Shown: piece after piece, positions 28,231 to 37,623 of the stretch
Numbering within the stretch: the first letter of the stretch is position 1
How the letters are laid out: every line of letters starts with the position of its first letter
Assembly (NCBI GenBank): GCA_943913905.1
Contig: CALTZZ010000001.1
Span: 24,542-88,541, forward strand
Direction of reading: 5' to 3'
Length of the DNA stretch: 64,000 nucleotides
DNA from: an uncultured Dermabacteraceae bacterium
Lineage (GTDB): Bacteria > Actinomycetota > Actinomycetes > Actinomycetales > Dermabacteraceae
Notes under the pieces: model-generated
The model's input: only the letters and a program-made list of their open reading frames with translations
Database searches by the model: none
What the model was told of the DNA's origin: nothing
Made by a program: the position numbers and the translations under genes

Positions 28231-28914
28231 GTGTCAGTAGCGAATCTTTCGGACAGCGTGCAGGACTACCTCAAGGCCGTGTGGGTGCTTGGTGAGTGGT
28301 CTGATGAGCCGGTGACGGCGTCGATGGTGGCGGCGCGCGTGGGTGTGCGGTTGTCGACGGCGTCGGATGCCATGAAGAAGCTGTCGGGCCAGGGGCTCGT
28401 GAAGCATGCCCGCTACGGCACGATTTCGCTGACGTCTGAGGGGCGCGAGCATGCGGTGGCGATGGTGCGCCGGCATCGCCTGATTGAGACATTTTTGGTG
28501 GAGACACTCGGTTATGGCTGGGACGAAGTGCATGATGAGGCGGAGGTCCTTGAGCATGCCGTCTCTGACCTGATGGTTGAGCGGATCGACGCGTTGTTGG
28601 GACATCCGGAGCGTGACCCGCACGGTGATCCGATTCCGGGGGCCGACGGCAGCATGGTGACGCTTGATGCGCGGGCGCTCACGGGCCTCGAGCCGGGTGT
28701 GCGTGCGCGGGTGGAGCGGGTGTCTGATGCTGATCCGGCGTTGTTGCAGTTTTTGGCCGAGAAGGGCGTTCGGTACGCGAGTGTGGTGGTGCCGCATCCG
28801 CCTGCACCGTTTTCTGACACGGTCGAGGTCGAGGTGGAGGGTGTGGACGGCACGACTCCCCTGGGCCGGTCTGCGACCGACGCCGTCTGGGTGACACCGC
28901 TTTCCGCGAGTTAG
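28231..28914 (+). CDS. DtxR/MntR-family metal-dependent transcriptional regulator with a C-terminal FeoA/SH3-like domain
   Basis: GTG 28231 (VSVANLSDSVQDYLKAVWVL...). Metal-binding helix RHRLIETFLVETLGYGWDEVHDEAEVLEH. The track ORF starts upstream at 28138. Confidence 0.8.
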   Translation: MSVANLSDSVQDYLKAVWVLGEWSDEPVTASMVAARVGVRLSTASDAMKKLSGQGLVKHARYGTISLTSEGREHAVAMVRRHRLIETFLVETLGYGWDEVHDEAEVLEHAVSDLMVERIDALLGHPERDPHGDPIPGADGSMVTLDARALTGLEPGVRARVERVSDADPALLQFLAEKGVRYASVVVPHPPAPFSDTVEVEVEGVDGTTPLGRSATDAVWVTPLSAS

Positions 28915-29771
28915 CCCACTGCGCGCCCTATGCGCCGGTTTACCGTTGAGAACCCGAGCGCGAGCAGGAACACTGCACCGTACAGCACTGCCATTCCGGC
29001 GCTCGTCGCTGCCCCGGTCACGTAGGCGATCCAGAATCCGGCGAGGGCACCGAGGGCCGCGATTGTGAGGGTGAGGGCTATGAGTGTGGGTAGGCGTCGG
29101 CTGATGAGTGCGGCTGTGGCTGCGGGCACGACCATGAGGGCGACCACGAGGATTGCGCCCGCCGCGTTGAAGGCTGCGGTGACGGTGAGCGACACCAGGA
29201 ACATGAAGGCCGTGTTGATGGCGCTGGAGCGGATGCCGATGCTGTCTGCGAAGGCGGGGTCGAACGTGGTGACCTTGAGCTGCGGGTAGAAGGCGGCGAT
29301 GAATGCGGCGTTGAGAGCGAGCACGCCGAGCATGATGTACAGGTAGCTGGGTCCCCATTCGTAGCCGCCGAGTTCGAGCTGGTCCCAGGCGGCGAGGTTG
29401 AGGTCTCCCACGAGGACAACGTGTTCGTCGAGGTGCAGGTGTGCGAAGTTGCTGGTCAGGAGGATGACGCCCACGCTGAACAGTGCGGGGAACACGAGGC
29501 CTTGCGGGGCGTCGCCGGTGAGGAGGCCGGTGCGGGCGAGCCATTCGCTTCCGAGCACCACGATGACTCCGGCGAGCGCGGCCCCGATCACGAGCAGCGG
29601 TGATTCGAGTGAGTTCGTGAACAGGTAGCCGACCACGATTCCGGGAAGGACGGCGTGGCTGATGGCGTCCACGAGCATGGAGCTTCGACGCAGCACCACG
29701 AATACGCCGGGCAGGGCGCAGGCGAGGGCCGTGGCGACGGCGAGAAGTGTTGTTCCTAGAAGGAAGCTCAT
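28911..29771 (-). CDS. metal (Mn/Zn/Fe-type) ABC transporter permease
   Basis: 286 aa from ATG 29771 (MSFLLGTTLLAV...), ABC-3 family topology. Overlaps the upstream permease by atga. The track ORF extends to 30917. Confidence 0.8.
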   Translation of the reverse strand: MSFLLGTTLLAVATALACALPGVFVVLRRSSMLVDAISHAVLPGIVVGYLFTNSLESPLLVIGAALAGVIVVLGSEWLARTGLLTGDAPQGLVFPALFSVGVILLTSNFAHLHLDEHVVLVGDLNLAAWDQLELGGYEWGPSYLYIMLGVLALNAAFIAAFYPQLKVTTFDPAFADSIGIRSSAINTAFMFLVSLTVTAAFNAAGAILVVALMVVPAATAALISRRLPTLIALTLTIAALGALAGFWIAYVTGAATSAGMAVLYGAVFLLALGFSTVNRRIGRAVG

Positions 29772-30703
29772 GCGCCCTCCTCCCCCACGACGAGTTCGCG
29801 TTGTAGCGCTCGGCGTGCCCGCGCCCGGTGCAGGGCTTTCGCGGCGATGCTGCGGCCCGGGGCCACGAGCATCGAGATCACGAAGATGGCAAACAGGGTC
29901 AAGACGGTGAGCGGCCCGGTGGGAATTTTCCCGAGCGTGACGGAGAGGTAGGCCCCTACCCCGCTTCCGACGGCCCCGATGAGGGTCGACACGGCGACCA
30001 TGGCTGGCAGGGACCGCACCCATTGGCGGGCGGCGGCGGGCGGCGTGACAACGAACGCGACCATGAGCACAAGGCCGACGGATTTCACGCCGATCACGGT
30101 GGCCACCGCCATGAGCGTAAACATGAGTGCGTCGATCGTTCGCGCCCGGAATCCGAGCGCGGTGCAGAACTCTGGGTCGAAGGTGCGCAGGGCGAACTCT
30201 TTCCACAGCAGGACCATGAGGGCGAGCGCGCCTGCCCCGATTGCGGCGCTCGTGTAAAGGTCCGCGAGGGTAATCACGGACGCGTTGCCAAACAGGTAGG
30301 TCTGGATGCCGCCCTTGCCGGGGAAGCTTCCTTGGGCGATGACTTGCATGAGCAGCATGCCGAGGCCGAAGAACAGGGAGAGCGTCACGGCCATGGCGGT
30401 ATCGATCTTGATGGTGGAGGCGCGCGCGATCGCGTTGGCGAGCAAGACAGCTGCCGTGCCGCTCACCACGGCTCCCGTGATGAGCAGTGGCATGGAGCGT
30501 CCGTCGGCCCCCATCACCACGACGGCGAACAGGAACGCCCCCAGCACGCCGGGGAGCGCGGAATGCGAAATGACGTCGCTCGAAAGTGACTGTTTCCGCA
30601 GGTAGGCGAAGCAGCCGATCGCGCCCGCGACCGCGCCGATCATCATGCTGCCCGCGCAAACGGTGCGGTAGGTGTGGGTGGTCGCGAATTCCACGAGGGT
30701 CAT
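29768..30703 (-). CDS. metal ABC transporter permease (second permease of the pair)
   Basis: 311 aa polytopic ABC-3 family protein, translationally coupled to its neighbours. Confidence 0.8.
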   Translation of the reverse strand: MTLVEFATTHTYRTVCAGSMMIGAVAGAIGCFAYLRKQSLSSDVISHSALPGVLGAFLFAVVVMGADGRSMPLLITGAVVSGTAAVLLANAIARASTIKIDTAMAVTLSLFFGLGMLLMQVIAQGSFPGKGGIQTYLFGNASVITLADLYTSAAIGAGALALMVLLWKEFALRTFDPEFCTALGFRARTIDALMFTLMAVATVIGVKSVGLVLMVAFVVTPPAAARQWVRSLPAMVAVSTLIGAVGSGVGAYLSVTLGKIPTGPLTVLTLFAIFVISMLVAPGRSIAAKALHRARARRALQRELVVGEEGA

Positions 30704-31596
30704 GCGCCACGCTCCCGGGCAGGAAGGTTTGGCGCGGCGGGGTCTGGGCCGGTGAGGTTGGAGGCGGCGCGATCAGACGAGCGAGGATCGGAGGCGCCTG
30801 GACCGCAGGCGGCGAAGCCCGGCGTGCTGATGGCTGCCGCGGCATCGTCCATGTCGCACAGGCCGGGGCCGGCGAGGTCGTAGGTGTCGCGAATGGTGTC
30901 GCGCGTGAAGGCTTCACTCACCGGGCCCGAGGCGAAGATGCGACCGTTGAGGAGGGTCACGTGGTCGCAGTATTCGCTCACAGTTGCGAGGTCGTGGTGC
31001 ACGAGCACGATGGTTTTGCCTCGCTCACGGAGCGTGCGCATGACCGCGAAGATGGCCCGTTGGCTCTTTGCGTCCACGCCCTGGAATGGCTCGTCGAGGA
31101 AAAACAGGTCCGGGTCTTGCACGAGGGCGCGGGCCAGGAACACGCGCTGACGCTGCCCGCCAGAGAGTTCCCCGATCTGGCGGGCAGCAAGTTCAGGTAT
31201 TCCCACGTGCTCCAGGGCCTTCACAGCGCGTCCCCGCTCCTTGCGGCCGGGCCTGCGGAGCCAGCCGAGGCCGCCGTATGTCCCCATGGTCACGGTGTCG
31301 AGCACCGTGGTGGGAAAGTCCCAGTCCACGCTCGTGGATTGGGGCATGTATCCCACGCGTCGCCGAGCCTTCGCGAGCGGGAGGCCAAAAAACTCGGCGC
31401 TCCCGCCCAGCGGAGGAACGAGCCCCAACATTGCTTTGATGAGCGTGGATTTGCCCGCTCCGTTGGGGCCCACGATTCCCATGACCGCCCCCTGCGGCAC
31501 ACGGAAATCGACACAGCGAAGCACGGGGGCCTCCCGGTACGCGACGGACAGGTTGTGGGTGGCGCACGCGGGGGTGCCGACGGCTTCGTTTTCCAT
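30700..31596 (-). CDS. metal ABC transporter ATP-binding protein
   Basis: Walker A GPNGAGKST, signature LSGGQRQR, Walker B LFFLDEP. Confidence 0.85.
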   Translation of the reverse strand: MENEAVGTPACATHNLSVAYREAPVLRCVDFRVPQGAVMGIVGPNGAGKSTLIKAMLGLVPPLGGSAEFFGLPLAKARRRVGYMPQSTSVDWDFPTTVLDTVTMGTYGGLGWLRRPGRKERGRAVKALEHVGIPELAARQIGELSGGQRQRVFLARALVQDPDLFFLDEPFQGVDAKSQRAIFAVMRTLRERGKTIVLVHHDLATVSEYCDHVTLLNGRIFASGPVSEAFTRDTIRDTYDLAGPGLCDMDDAAAAISTPGFAACGPGASDPRSSDRAASNLTGPDPAAPNLPARERGA

Positions 31597-32546
31597 TACT
31601 TTCCGAGTGCCTCCGCAACCGCGTCAACATTGTGGTTGAAGGCGCCCAGGTAGGTGTCGGTGCCTTTTTCTGCGCCAAGAGAGTCGGCGAACAGTTCAGC
31701 ATCAGAAACCTTGACCTCCCACCCCTTCGAGCGCACTGCTTCCTGGAGGCTCGTGATGGCCTGCGGGTTTGCTTGGTTATCGAGGAAGATCACCGGAACC
31801 TTGTGGGTTGCAATCGTGGTGGCGAGCTCGTCGATTTCCTTCGCGGAGCGCTTCGCTTCGGTAGAGACGAAATCGGTGGCGTGCACTTCAAGGTTGAAGC
31901 GCTTGCCGAAGTAGTTGAAGGCGTCGTGCCCGGTCACGAGCATGCGCGGCTTTGGGATGCCCGAGAGTTTCGCATCGGCGTCGTCGGCCGCTTTCGCGAT
32001 CTTTTCCTTGTACGCCTTCGCGTTGGCGCGGTACGTGGCAGCGTTGTCTGGGTCGATTTCAGCGAGCTTGTCTGCCACCGAGTCCACGGCCTTCATCCAC
32101 GCTTCGGGGCTGTTCCAGATGTGCGGGTCGTGCAGCGCATTGCCCTCGTCATCTTTTTCGGGCCACGGCAGCAGGAGGTTTTCGGGGAGCTGGTCGCCGA
32201 CGGCAACCTGACGTTTCCCGAAGCTGCTCAACTGGTCAACCATCTGCGCTTCGAGGTGCAGGCCATTCCACAGCACCACGTCTGCACTGCGCATCTTTTC
32301 GATGTCTTTCGTGGAGGGCTGGTACGTGTGCGGGTCTCCCCCGGGACCCACCATCGTGGTGACGTCAGCATCAGGCGCAATGTTGGCGACGGCATCTGCG
32401 AGGTAGCCGGTCGTGGCGTACACCGTCAGGTGATCGTCCTTCTTCTGGCTTGCGCTTGGCCCGGCGGAGCAGCCGGTGAGCACGAGTGCGGCCGCTGCCA
32501 TCGCGGTCACGCTCGCTTTGATTGTGGATCGCACGTTCATGTGCAA
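31596..32546 (-). CDS. metal ABC transporter substrate-binding lipoprotein (cluster A-I, TroA/MntA/ZnuA-like)
   Basis: Lipobox LTGCSA. His/Asp-rich metal-binding SBP fold. Confidence 0.8.
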   Translation of the reverse strand: MHMNVRSTIKASVTAMAAAALVLTGCSAGPSASQKKDDHLTVYATTGYLADAVANIAPDADVTTMVGPGGDPHTYQPSTKDIEKMRSADVVLWNGLHLEAQMVDQLSSFGKRQVAVGDQLPENLLLPWPEKDDEGNALHDPHIWNSPEAWMKAVDSVADKLAEIDPDNAATYRANAKAYKEKIAKAADDADAKLSGIPKPRMLVTGHDAFNYFGKRFNLEVHATDFVSTEAKRSAKEIDELATTIATHKVPVIFLDNQANPQAITSLQEAVRSKGWEVKVSDAELFADSLGAEKGTDTYLGAFNHNVDAVAEALGK

Positions 32547-32571
32547 GGCCTCTCTAGGTCAATGTCATGGA

Positions 32572-32589
32572 GGTAAGGGTCCCCTAACC
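32572..32589. promoter_or_regulatory. candidate DtxR/MntR-type operator in front of the metal ABC operon
   Basis: Near-perfect palindrome GGTAAGGG-TC-CCCTAACC (7/8 per half) about 25 bp upstream of the SBP start. The half-site GGTTAGG matches the DtxR box core. Confidence 0.4.
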
Positions 32590-32867
32590 CCCATCCCATA
32601 TTCGCAGTGCCATCATGTTCGGTCAAGCGAACATTGACGTTCAGCATACACCCGGACCTAGGACCCGGTAACTCAGCCACTCACAAGGGATCAGCGCCAC
32701 ACAGGGTCGAGCTATTGAAAAATTTAGGTTCAGCACAAAGTTCGGTGCGTCGAACTTTTAAGTTTCTTAATACCTCAAAAGCGTTCGAGTTCCTGATACA
32801 ACAGAACCTCAACGCCGTCGGCCCCGCCCCATCACCACGGGCGCCACTCGAGACATCAAGGAACCCC

Positions 32868-33884
32868 ATGCCCCAACACCCAGACCTCACGCACATCTCC
32901 GTTACCCCACCGAGCTACCGCCACGACCCAGCTGCGCAGCTACGACCGATCAACTGGAACCGCGTGGGCGACCCCAAGGACCTCGAGGTGTGGAACCGCC
33001 TCACCGCAAACTTCTGGCTCCCCGAAAAGGTTCCGCTCTCCAACGATCTTCAAGCGTGGCAGCGCCTTGCGCCGCACGAACAAACACTCACGATGCGCGT
33101 GTTCACCGGTCTCACGATGCTCGACACCGTCCAGGCGACGGTGGGTGAAATCTGCCAGATCCAAGACGCTCGCACCGAGCACGAAGAGGCGGTATACACA
33201 AATATTGCGTTCATGCAGTCGGTCCATGCCCGCTCGTATTCCTCCGTGTTCTCCACCCTCACGAGCACACCCGAGATCGATTCGGCATACCGCTGGGCCG
33301 TGAACAACGACCTACTGCAGGAGCGCGCGAAGGCGGTGCTGCAGCACTATTACGGCGACGATCCGCTCAAGCGGAAAGTGTCGTCCACACTGCTGTCTTC
33401 CCTCCTGCTGTACGCGGGGTTCTACCTCCCGCTGCATTTCTCCGTGCGGGCCACGCTCACGAATACTGCCGACATGATCCGGCTGATCCTGCGAGACAAA
33501 GCCGTGCACGGCTACTACTCCGGCTACAAGTACCAGCGGGGACTCGAGGCGCGCGATGCCGCGACTCGCGACCACATGCACAAGTTCACGTTTGACCTGC
33601 TTGAACGCCTCTATGAGCTGGAGCTCGCATATTCGGGCGAACTCTACGAACCGTTGGGGCTCATGGATGATGTGGCCGCGTTCGTGCGTTACAACGCGAA
33701 CAAGGCCCTCATGAATCTTGGCTACCCGGCACGATTCTCCGCTCGCGACACTGAGGTGCGGCCCGAGATCCTCGCGGCCCTTGCACCTGGGGCGGATGAG
33801 AACCACGACTTCTTCTCCGGTTCCGGTTCGTCTTACACGATTGGGAAGGCGGAGCTGACGGCGGATTCGGATTGGAACTTCTAG
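32868..33884 (+). CDS. nrdF: class Ib ribonucleotide reductase beta subunit
   Basis: ATG 32868 with aaggaac RBS. Di-metal ligand motifs and C-terminal tail typical of NrdF. No nrdE/nrdI/nrdH in the window. Confidence 0.85.
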   Translation: MPQHPDLTHISVTPPSYRHDPAAQLRPINWNRVGDPKDLEVWNRLTANFWLPEKVPLSNDLQAWQRLAPHEQTLTMRVFTGLTMLDTVQATVGEICQIQDARTEHEEAVYTNIAFMQSVHARSYSSVFSTLTSTPEIDSAYRWAVNNDLLQERAKAVLQHYYGDDPLKRKVSSTLLSSLLLYAGFYLPLHFSVRATLTNTADMIRLILRDKAVHGYYSGYKYQRGLEARDAATRDHMHKFTFDLLERLYELELAYSGELYEPLGLMDDVAAFVRYNANKALMNLGYPARFSARDTEVRPEILAALAPGADENHDFFSGSGSSYTIGKAELTADSDWNF

Positions 33885-33921
33885 TCACAGACGCACTCCT
33901 TGTTTCCGTTCAGTAGCGCAT

Positions 33922-35052
33922 ATGCTGCCCGGCATGAAACTCCGCACACCATCGGCCGCACGCGCGTCGGTCACGAAGCTCCGCCCCTCACCGACTGCTC
34001 GCGCCTCACTTGGCGCGAAGGCAGGCGTGGCTGCTGCGGTCCTGCTCCGCACGGTCCCGAACACGCTCCTGCGGGCCGTCTCCCGGCTTCGTAACGCCGA
34101 TGGGCACATGATTGACCCCGACGTGGGCGCTTCGCTCGCTGCACTCACGGTCGCGGCGAAAGACTTCGTAGGCCTGCCGCTCGATGAGGGACGCGCGCTG
34201 ATCGACGACGAAGGCACCTTGGCGGCTGGAGTGCCCGTGCCAGTGGGGAGCGTACGCGAACTCACTCTCTCCACGGGGATGCGTGCGCGGGTTTACCGCC
34301 CTGATCAGGGCGACGGCGTCGGCCGCCTACCGCCGCTTCCCACCCTCGTGTACCTCCACGGCGGCGGATGGGTGCTGGGGTCGTTGGATTCTCACGATGC
34401 GACGGCGCGGTTTTTCGCGAACCGCGGAGGCGTGTGCGTGGTGGCGCTCGACTACCCGCTCGCGCCGGAGAACCCGTTCCCGGCCGGGCTAGATGCGATC
34501 GTGGACGCGTACCGCGCGATCGCGAACGGCGAGATTGAGGGCGTGGACACGACGCGGGTCGCGCTCGGTGGTGATTCCGCGGGTGGCAACCTCACGGTCG
34601 CTACATGCATGACGCTCGCGGAGCTGGGCGAACCGTTGCCGGTGATGCAGGTGCTCCTCGTGCCCGTCACTAACGTGGCGCACAAGAACACGGCGTCGTA
34701 CTCCGAGTTCGCGAGCGGCTTCTTCCTCACGCGTGCCCAAATGGACTGGTATTCGGAGCACTACCTGCAGGGCCACGACCCGGCGGACCCGCTGGTGTCT
34801 CCGCTGCTCGCGTCCGATGATGCGCTCCGCGAGCTACCGCCCACGTGGGTCACGGTCGCCGGGTTCGATCCTCTGCGAGACGAGGGTGAAGCATTTGCCC
34901 GCCGTCTCGATTCTCTCGGGGTTCCCGTGACCCTGCGAAGGGTTCCCGGCATGGCGCACCCCGTGGCTAACAGTGTATACGTGTGGAAGAACGCCGAGCG
35001 GGCGCTCGACGAAATCGCCGGGGCACTGAGGTTCGCGCTGCGGGTGGTGTGA
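33922..35052 (+). CDS. alpha/beta hydrolase fold-3 esterase/lipase
   Basis: HGGGW oxyanion motif, GDSAGG nucleophile elbow, C-terminal His/Asp. Confidence 0.8.
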   Translation: MLPGMKLRTPSAARASVTKLRPSPTARASLGAKAGVAAAVLLRTVPNTLLRAVSRLRNADGHMIDPDVGASLAALTVAAKDFVGLPLDEGRALIDDEGTLAAGVPVPVGSVRELTLSTGMRARVYRPDQGDGVGRLPPLPTLVYLHGGGWVLGSLDSHDATARFFANRGGVCVVALDYPLAPENPFPAGLDAIVDAYRAIANGEIEGVDTTRVALGGDSAGGNLTVATCMTLAELGEPLPVMQVLLVPVTNVAHKNTASYSEFASGFFLTRAQMDWYSEHYLQGHDPADPLVSPLLASDDALRELPPTWVTVAGFDPLRDEGEAFARRLDSLGVPVTLRRVPGMAHPVANSVYVWKNAERALDEIAGALRFALRVV

Positions 35053-35063
35053 AGGCGTCGGTT

Positions 35064-35702
35064 CTACAGGTCCTGCTTGCGGTAGATCCGCAACGTGACC
35101 AGGTAGGAAACGATCCAGAGCAGCAGCACCGCACCAACGAGGAACGCCGACGCCGCCATCGGATGCTGAGCTGCGTCGCTCAGTAGATCCACCAGCATGC
35201 TCTCTTCGTGCGGGATCGCTTTCACCGCAGCCACGCCGACAGCGACCAGACCAAAGCTCACAAAAACCAGCGATTGCTGCCCGAACCTGGTGATCGTGGG
35301 GATGGCGACCGCGGTCACGACGGCGACTGCCGCGGTCGCCGCAACGGCGGTCGACACCGCTCCAACCTGGTCGTCGCCGACCAGCACGGCGAACAAAGCC
35401 GATACGAATGCTGCTCCAACGAAGGCAATCCCGCCAACGAGGTAGTGACACAGGACCACAGTGGTGCGCGTGGTGGGGAGTTGACCATAGAGCCGGTTGA
35501 GACCGTAGGTGCGGTCTGCAACGAACGGGCCCGTGGAGCATAGAAGTCCGATCATCCCCAGGACCGAGACGGCCATGTGCACGCCTTGCTCGTGGCCACC
35601 AATAAAGAGGAACACGACTGCTAACCCGGCAAGGCCGAAAATGATCCTCGGGTTCCACACCTGGGCGGCGTCGAGCCTGAGCTGGGCCTGAAGATTATGC
35701 AT
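35064..35702 (-). CDS. ABC-2 type exporter permease
   Basis: 6-TM hydrophobic protein. ATG 35702 overlaps the ATPase stop. Confidence 0.65.
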   Translation of the reverse strand: MHNLQAQLRLDAAQVWNPRIIFGLAGLAVVFLFIGGHEQGVHMAVSVLGMIGLLCSTGPFVADRTYGLNRLYGQLPTTRTTVVLCHYLVGGIAFVGAAFVSALFAVLVGDDQVGAVSTAVAATAAVAVVTAVAIPTITRFGQQSLVFVSFGLVAVGVAAVKAIPHEESMLVDLLSDAAQHPMAASAFLVGAVLLLWIVSYLVTLRIYRKQDL

Positions 35703-36540
35703 GACGGTTTTCCTTTCCCAGACGCACCACGATGTCATCGAGTGCGGGTACCTCAGTGTGGAGATCGGACGCTAAATCGCTCATGCCGGCCACTGGGACC
35801 AAAGCGTCCCAGCCGGTCCCATGCCTGCGCAGTCCATGCGCGACAGCACGGATATCGACTGTGAGGTCCGACGGTCCCCCGGCCACCATTCGATAGGTGT
35901 CACGGAGGTCGTCGGCGGCATCGGAGGCGATAACGCGACCTCTATCCATAACGGTGATGTAATCGGCCAAGCGCTCAAGGTCGCTGGTGATGTGTGTAGA
36001 GAACAAGATTGTGTGGTCTTCGTCGGTCATGAAGTCGGCGAGGATTTCGAGCATCTCTTCCCTGGAAACGGGGTCAAGGCCGGAGCTGGGTTCATCGAGG
36101 ATCAGCAGTTCAGCCCCATGGCTGAGTGCGGCTGCTAGCTGCAGCTTCATTCCCATGCCCCGGGACAGGTCCTTGACCTTGCGATCGGCTGGCACGCTTC
36201 AACCCTCGGTGAGGGAGCGAAACCTCTCCGCGTCCCATTGCGGGTAGTAGCCGGCAAGCAGCCGTCCGGTCCGGGCCACGGTCCACGTGGGGTTGTATGC
36301 GGAGCTGTCCATGACAACACCCATGCGGCTCTTGTCGATGAGGTGAACGCCGCCGCTGTCAGGACGAACGAGCCCCAACGCGGTCTTGATCGTGGTCGTC
36401 TTCCCCGACCCGTTTGCTCCGACTAGACCCATCACGCATCCGCGTGGAACCTCGAGGGAGACCGACAGAGAAAACCCGGGAAACTGCTTGGTGATGCCTT
36501 CGAGTCGCAGCGGACTTTCTGTGAGCGTGTGTTGGTTCAT
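35695..36540 (-). pseudogene. ABC transporter ATP-binding protein interrupted by an in-frame TGA (36199-36201)
   Basis: ORF 36199..36540 has Walker A GANGSGKTT. ORF 35695..36195 has signature LSRGMGMKL and Walker B LLILDEPSSGLD. Both are in the same frame, separated only by TGA-AGC. Confidence 0.75.
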
Positions 36541-36920
36541 GTTTCCTCCGGAGCATCCAAGATGGTGTCGAGCATGGTGTGGAGTTCAGCGCGTGCCACG
36601 CTCGCGAGTCGTGCCGACGCTGCCGCGCTCTCGAGGTCACCCTCGATCTCGCGCAGTAACTGCTCCCGGACCAGGTCAGAGTCCCGAGGAAGCACGTAGT
36701 AGCCCTTGCCGGGCACGTTAGCGACGAACCCGTCGGTGACGAGTTCTTGGTAGGCACGCTTAGTGGTGATGACACTGACGCGGAGATCCCGGGCAAGCAC
36801 ACGGATCGAAGGCAACGCCTCCCCCGTTACAACCTCACCCGAAAGGATTGCTGTTTTGATCTGCGCAGCAATCTGTTCGTAGATAGGCGCACCGGCGGTG
36901 TTAGAAATGATGACCCGCAC
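36537..36920 (-). CDS. GntR-family (YtrA-like short form) transcriptional regulator
   Basis: wHTH region PIYEQIAAQIKTAILSGEVVTGEALPSIRVLARDLRVSVITTKRAYQEL. GTG 36920 after an AAGGAG RBS. Stop overlaps the ATPase start. Confidence 0.8.
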   Translation of the reverse strand: MRVIISNTAGAPIYEQIAAQIKTAILSGEVVTGEALPSIRVLARDLRVSVITTKRAYQELVTDGFVANVPGKGYYVLPRDSDLVREQLLREIEGDLESAAASARLASVARAELHTMLDTILDAPEET

Positions 36921-37049
36921 CCCCACTCCTTTCTGCCTATACACAGCATATACAGTATGCACAACGGTGCGCAACATTCACAGAGCTATACCCCCACGCC
37001 TCGACGCTCGCGTGGTAGACCACCCAGCACGCGCGGAAACAAGGTTCTG

Positions 37050-37079
37050 GTCGACACTACTGACACACAAGTAGTCGAT
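37050..37079. promoter_or_regulatory. inverted repeat in the GntR/ABC operon promoter, a candidate autoregulatory operator
   Basis: gTCGACacTACT-gacacaca-AGTAGTCGA. Confidence 0.35.
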
Positions 37080-37623
37080 TCGCTAACCTCGCCAGACTGC
37101 CACCCCCTTATCGCTGCCCACTCAAAGCAGAACCTCCATGAAACACGTGCACAAATAGGCTGGAACGAAACCCGTTGAGACAACCGTGGACACACTGGCA
37201 GACATCTCTCAAAAGACGCACCCACAGCGACGGCACACCAGCCCACACCTCCAGTAATCGCCAGATACTGGAGCTAAGCAGGCCTACTCGCAGGCAAAAA
37301 GACACCCCTGCACCATCAAAACTCAAATACGCCAGAAATAAAGAAAGAAGCGCAGCACCGCACAATCATCACAAGCAAGCACTTCATTCACTCACATTCA
37401 ACTACCCACCCGTCTGTTGCAATTTCAATAAACACCTTTGAAAAATAAATTGAAATTACAACTGAACTAAAACCGTTAAACTAAGGCCCAAGGGGAGGCA
37501 TCATTACACGTAGGCAAGGTCGCCCTTTGGCGGAGAGTAGGCGTAAACAATTCTCCACTTAGCAACAGATACGCCCACTTCATTCCAATTAGATAAAGTC
37601 TCTTCTGTAACAAGATTGTTATT

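Noticed and set aside
32722-32740. Full DtxR box upstream of nrdF.
   Set aside because: Only the left half-site matches. The right half is unrelated.
36199-36201. TGA in the ABC ATPase as selenocysteine or programmed readthrough.
   Set aside because: No SECIS-like hairpin follows, and ABC ATPases are not selenoproteins. A nonsense mutation or base error is more parsimonious.
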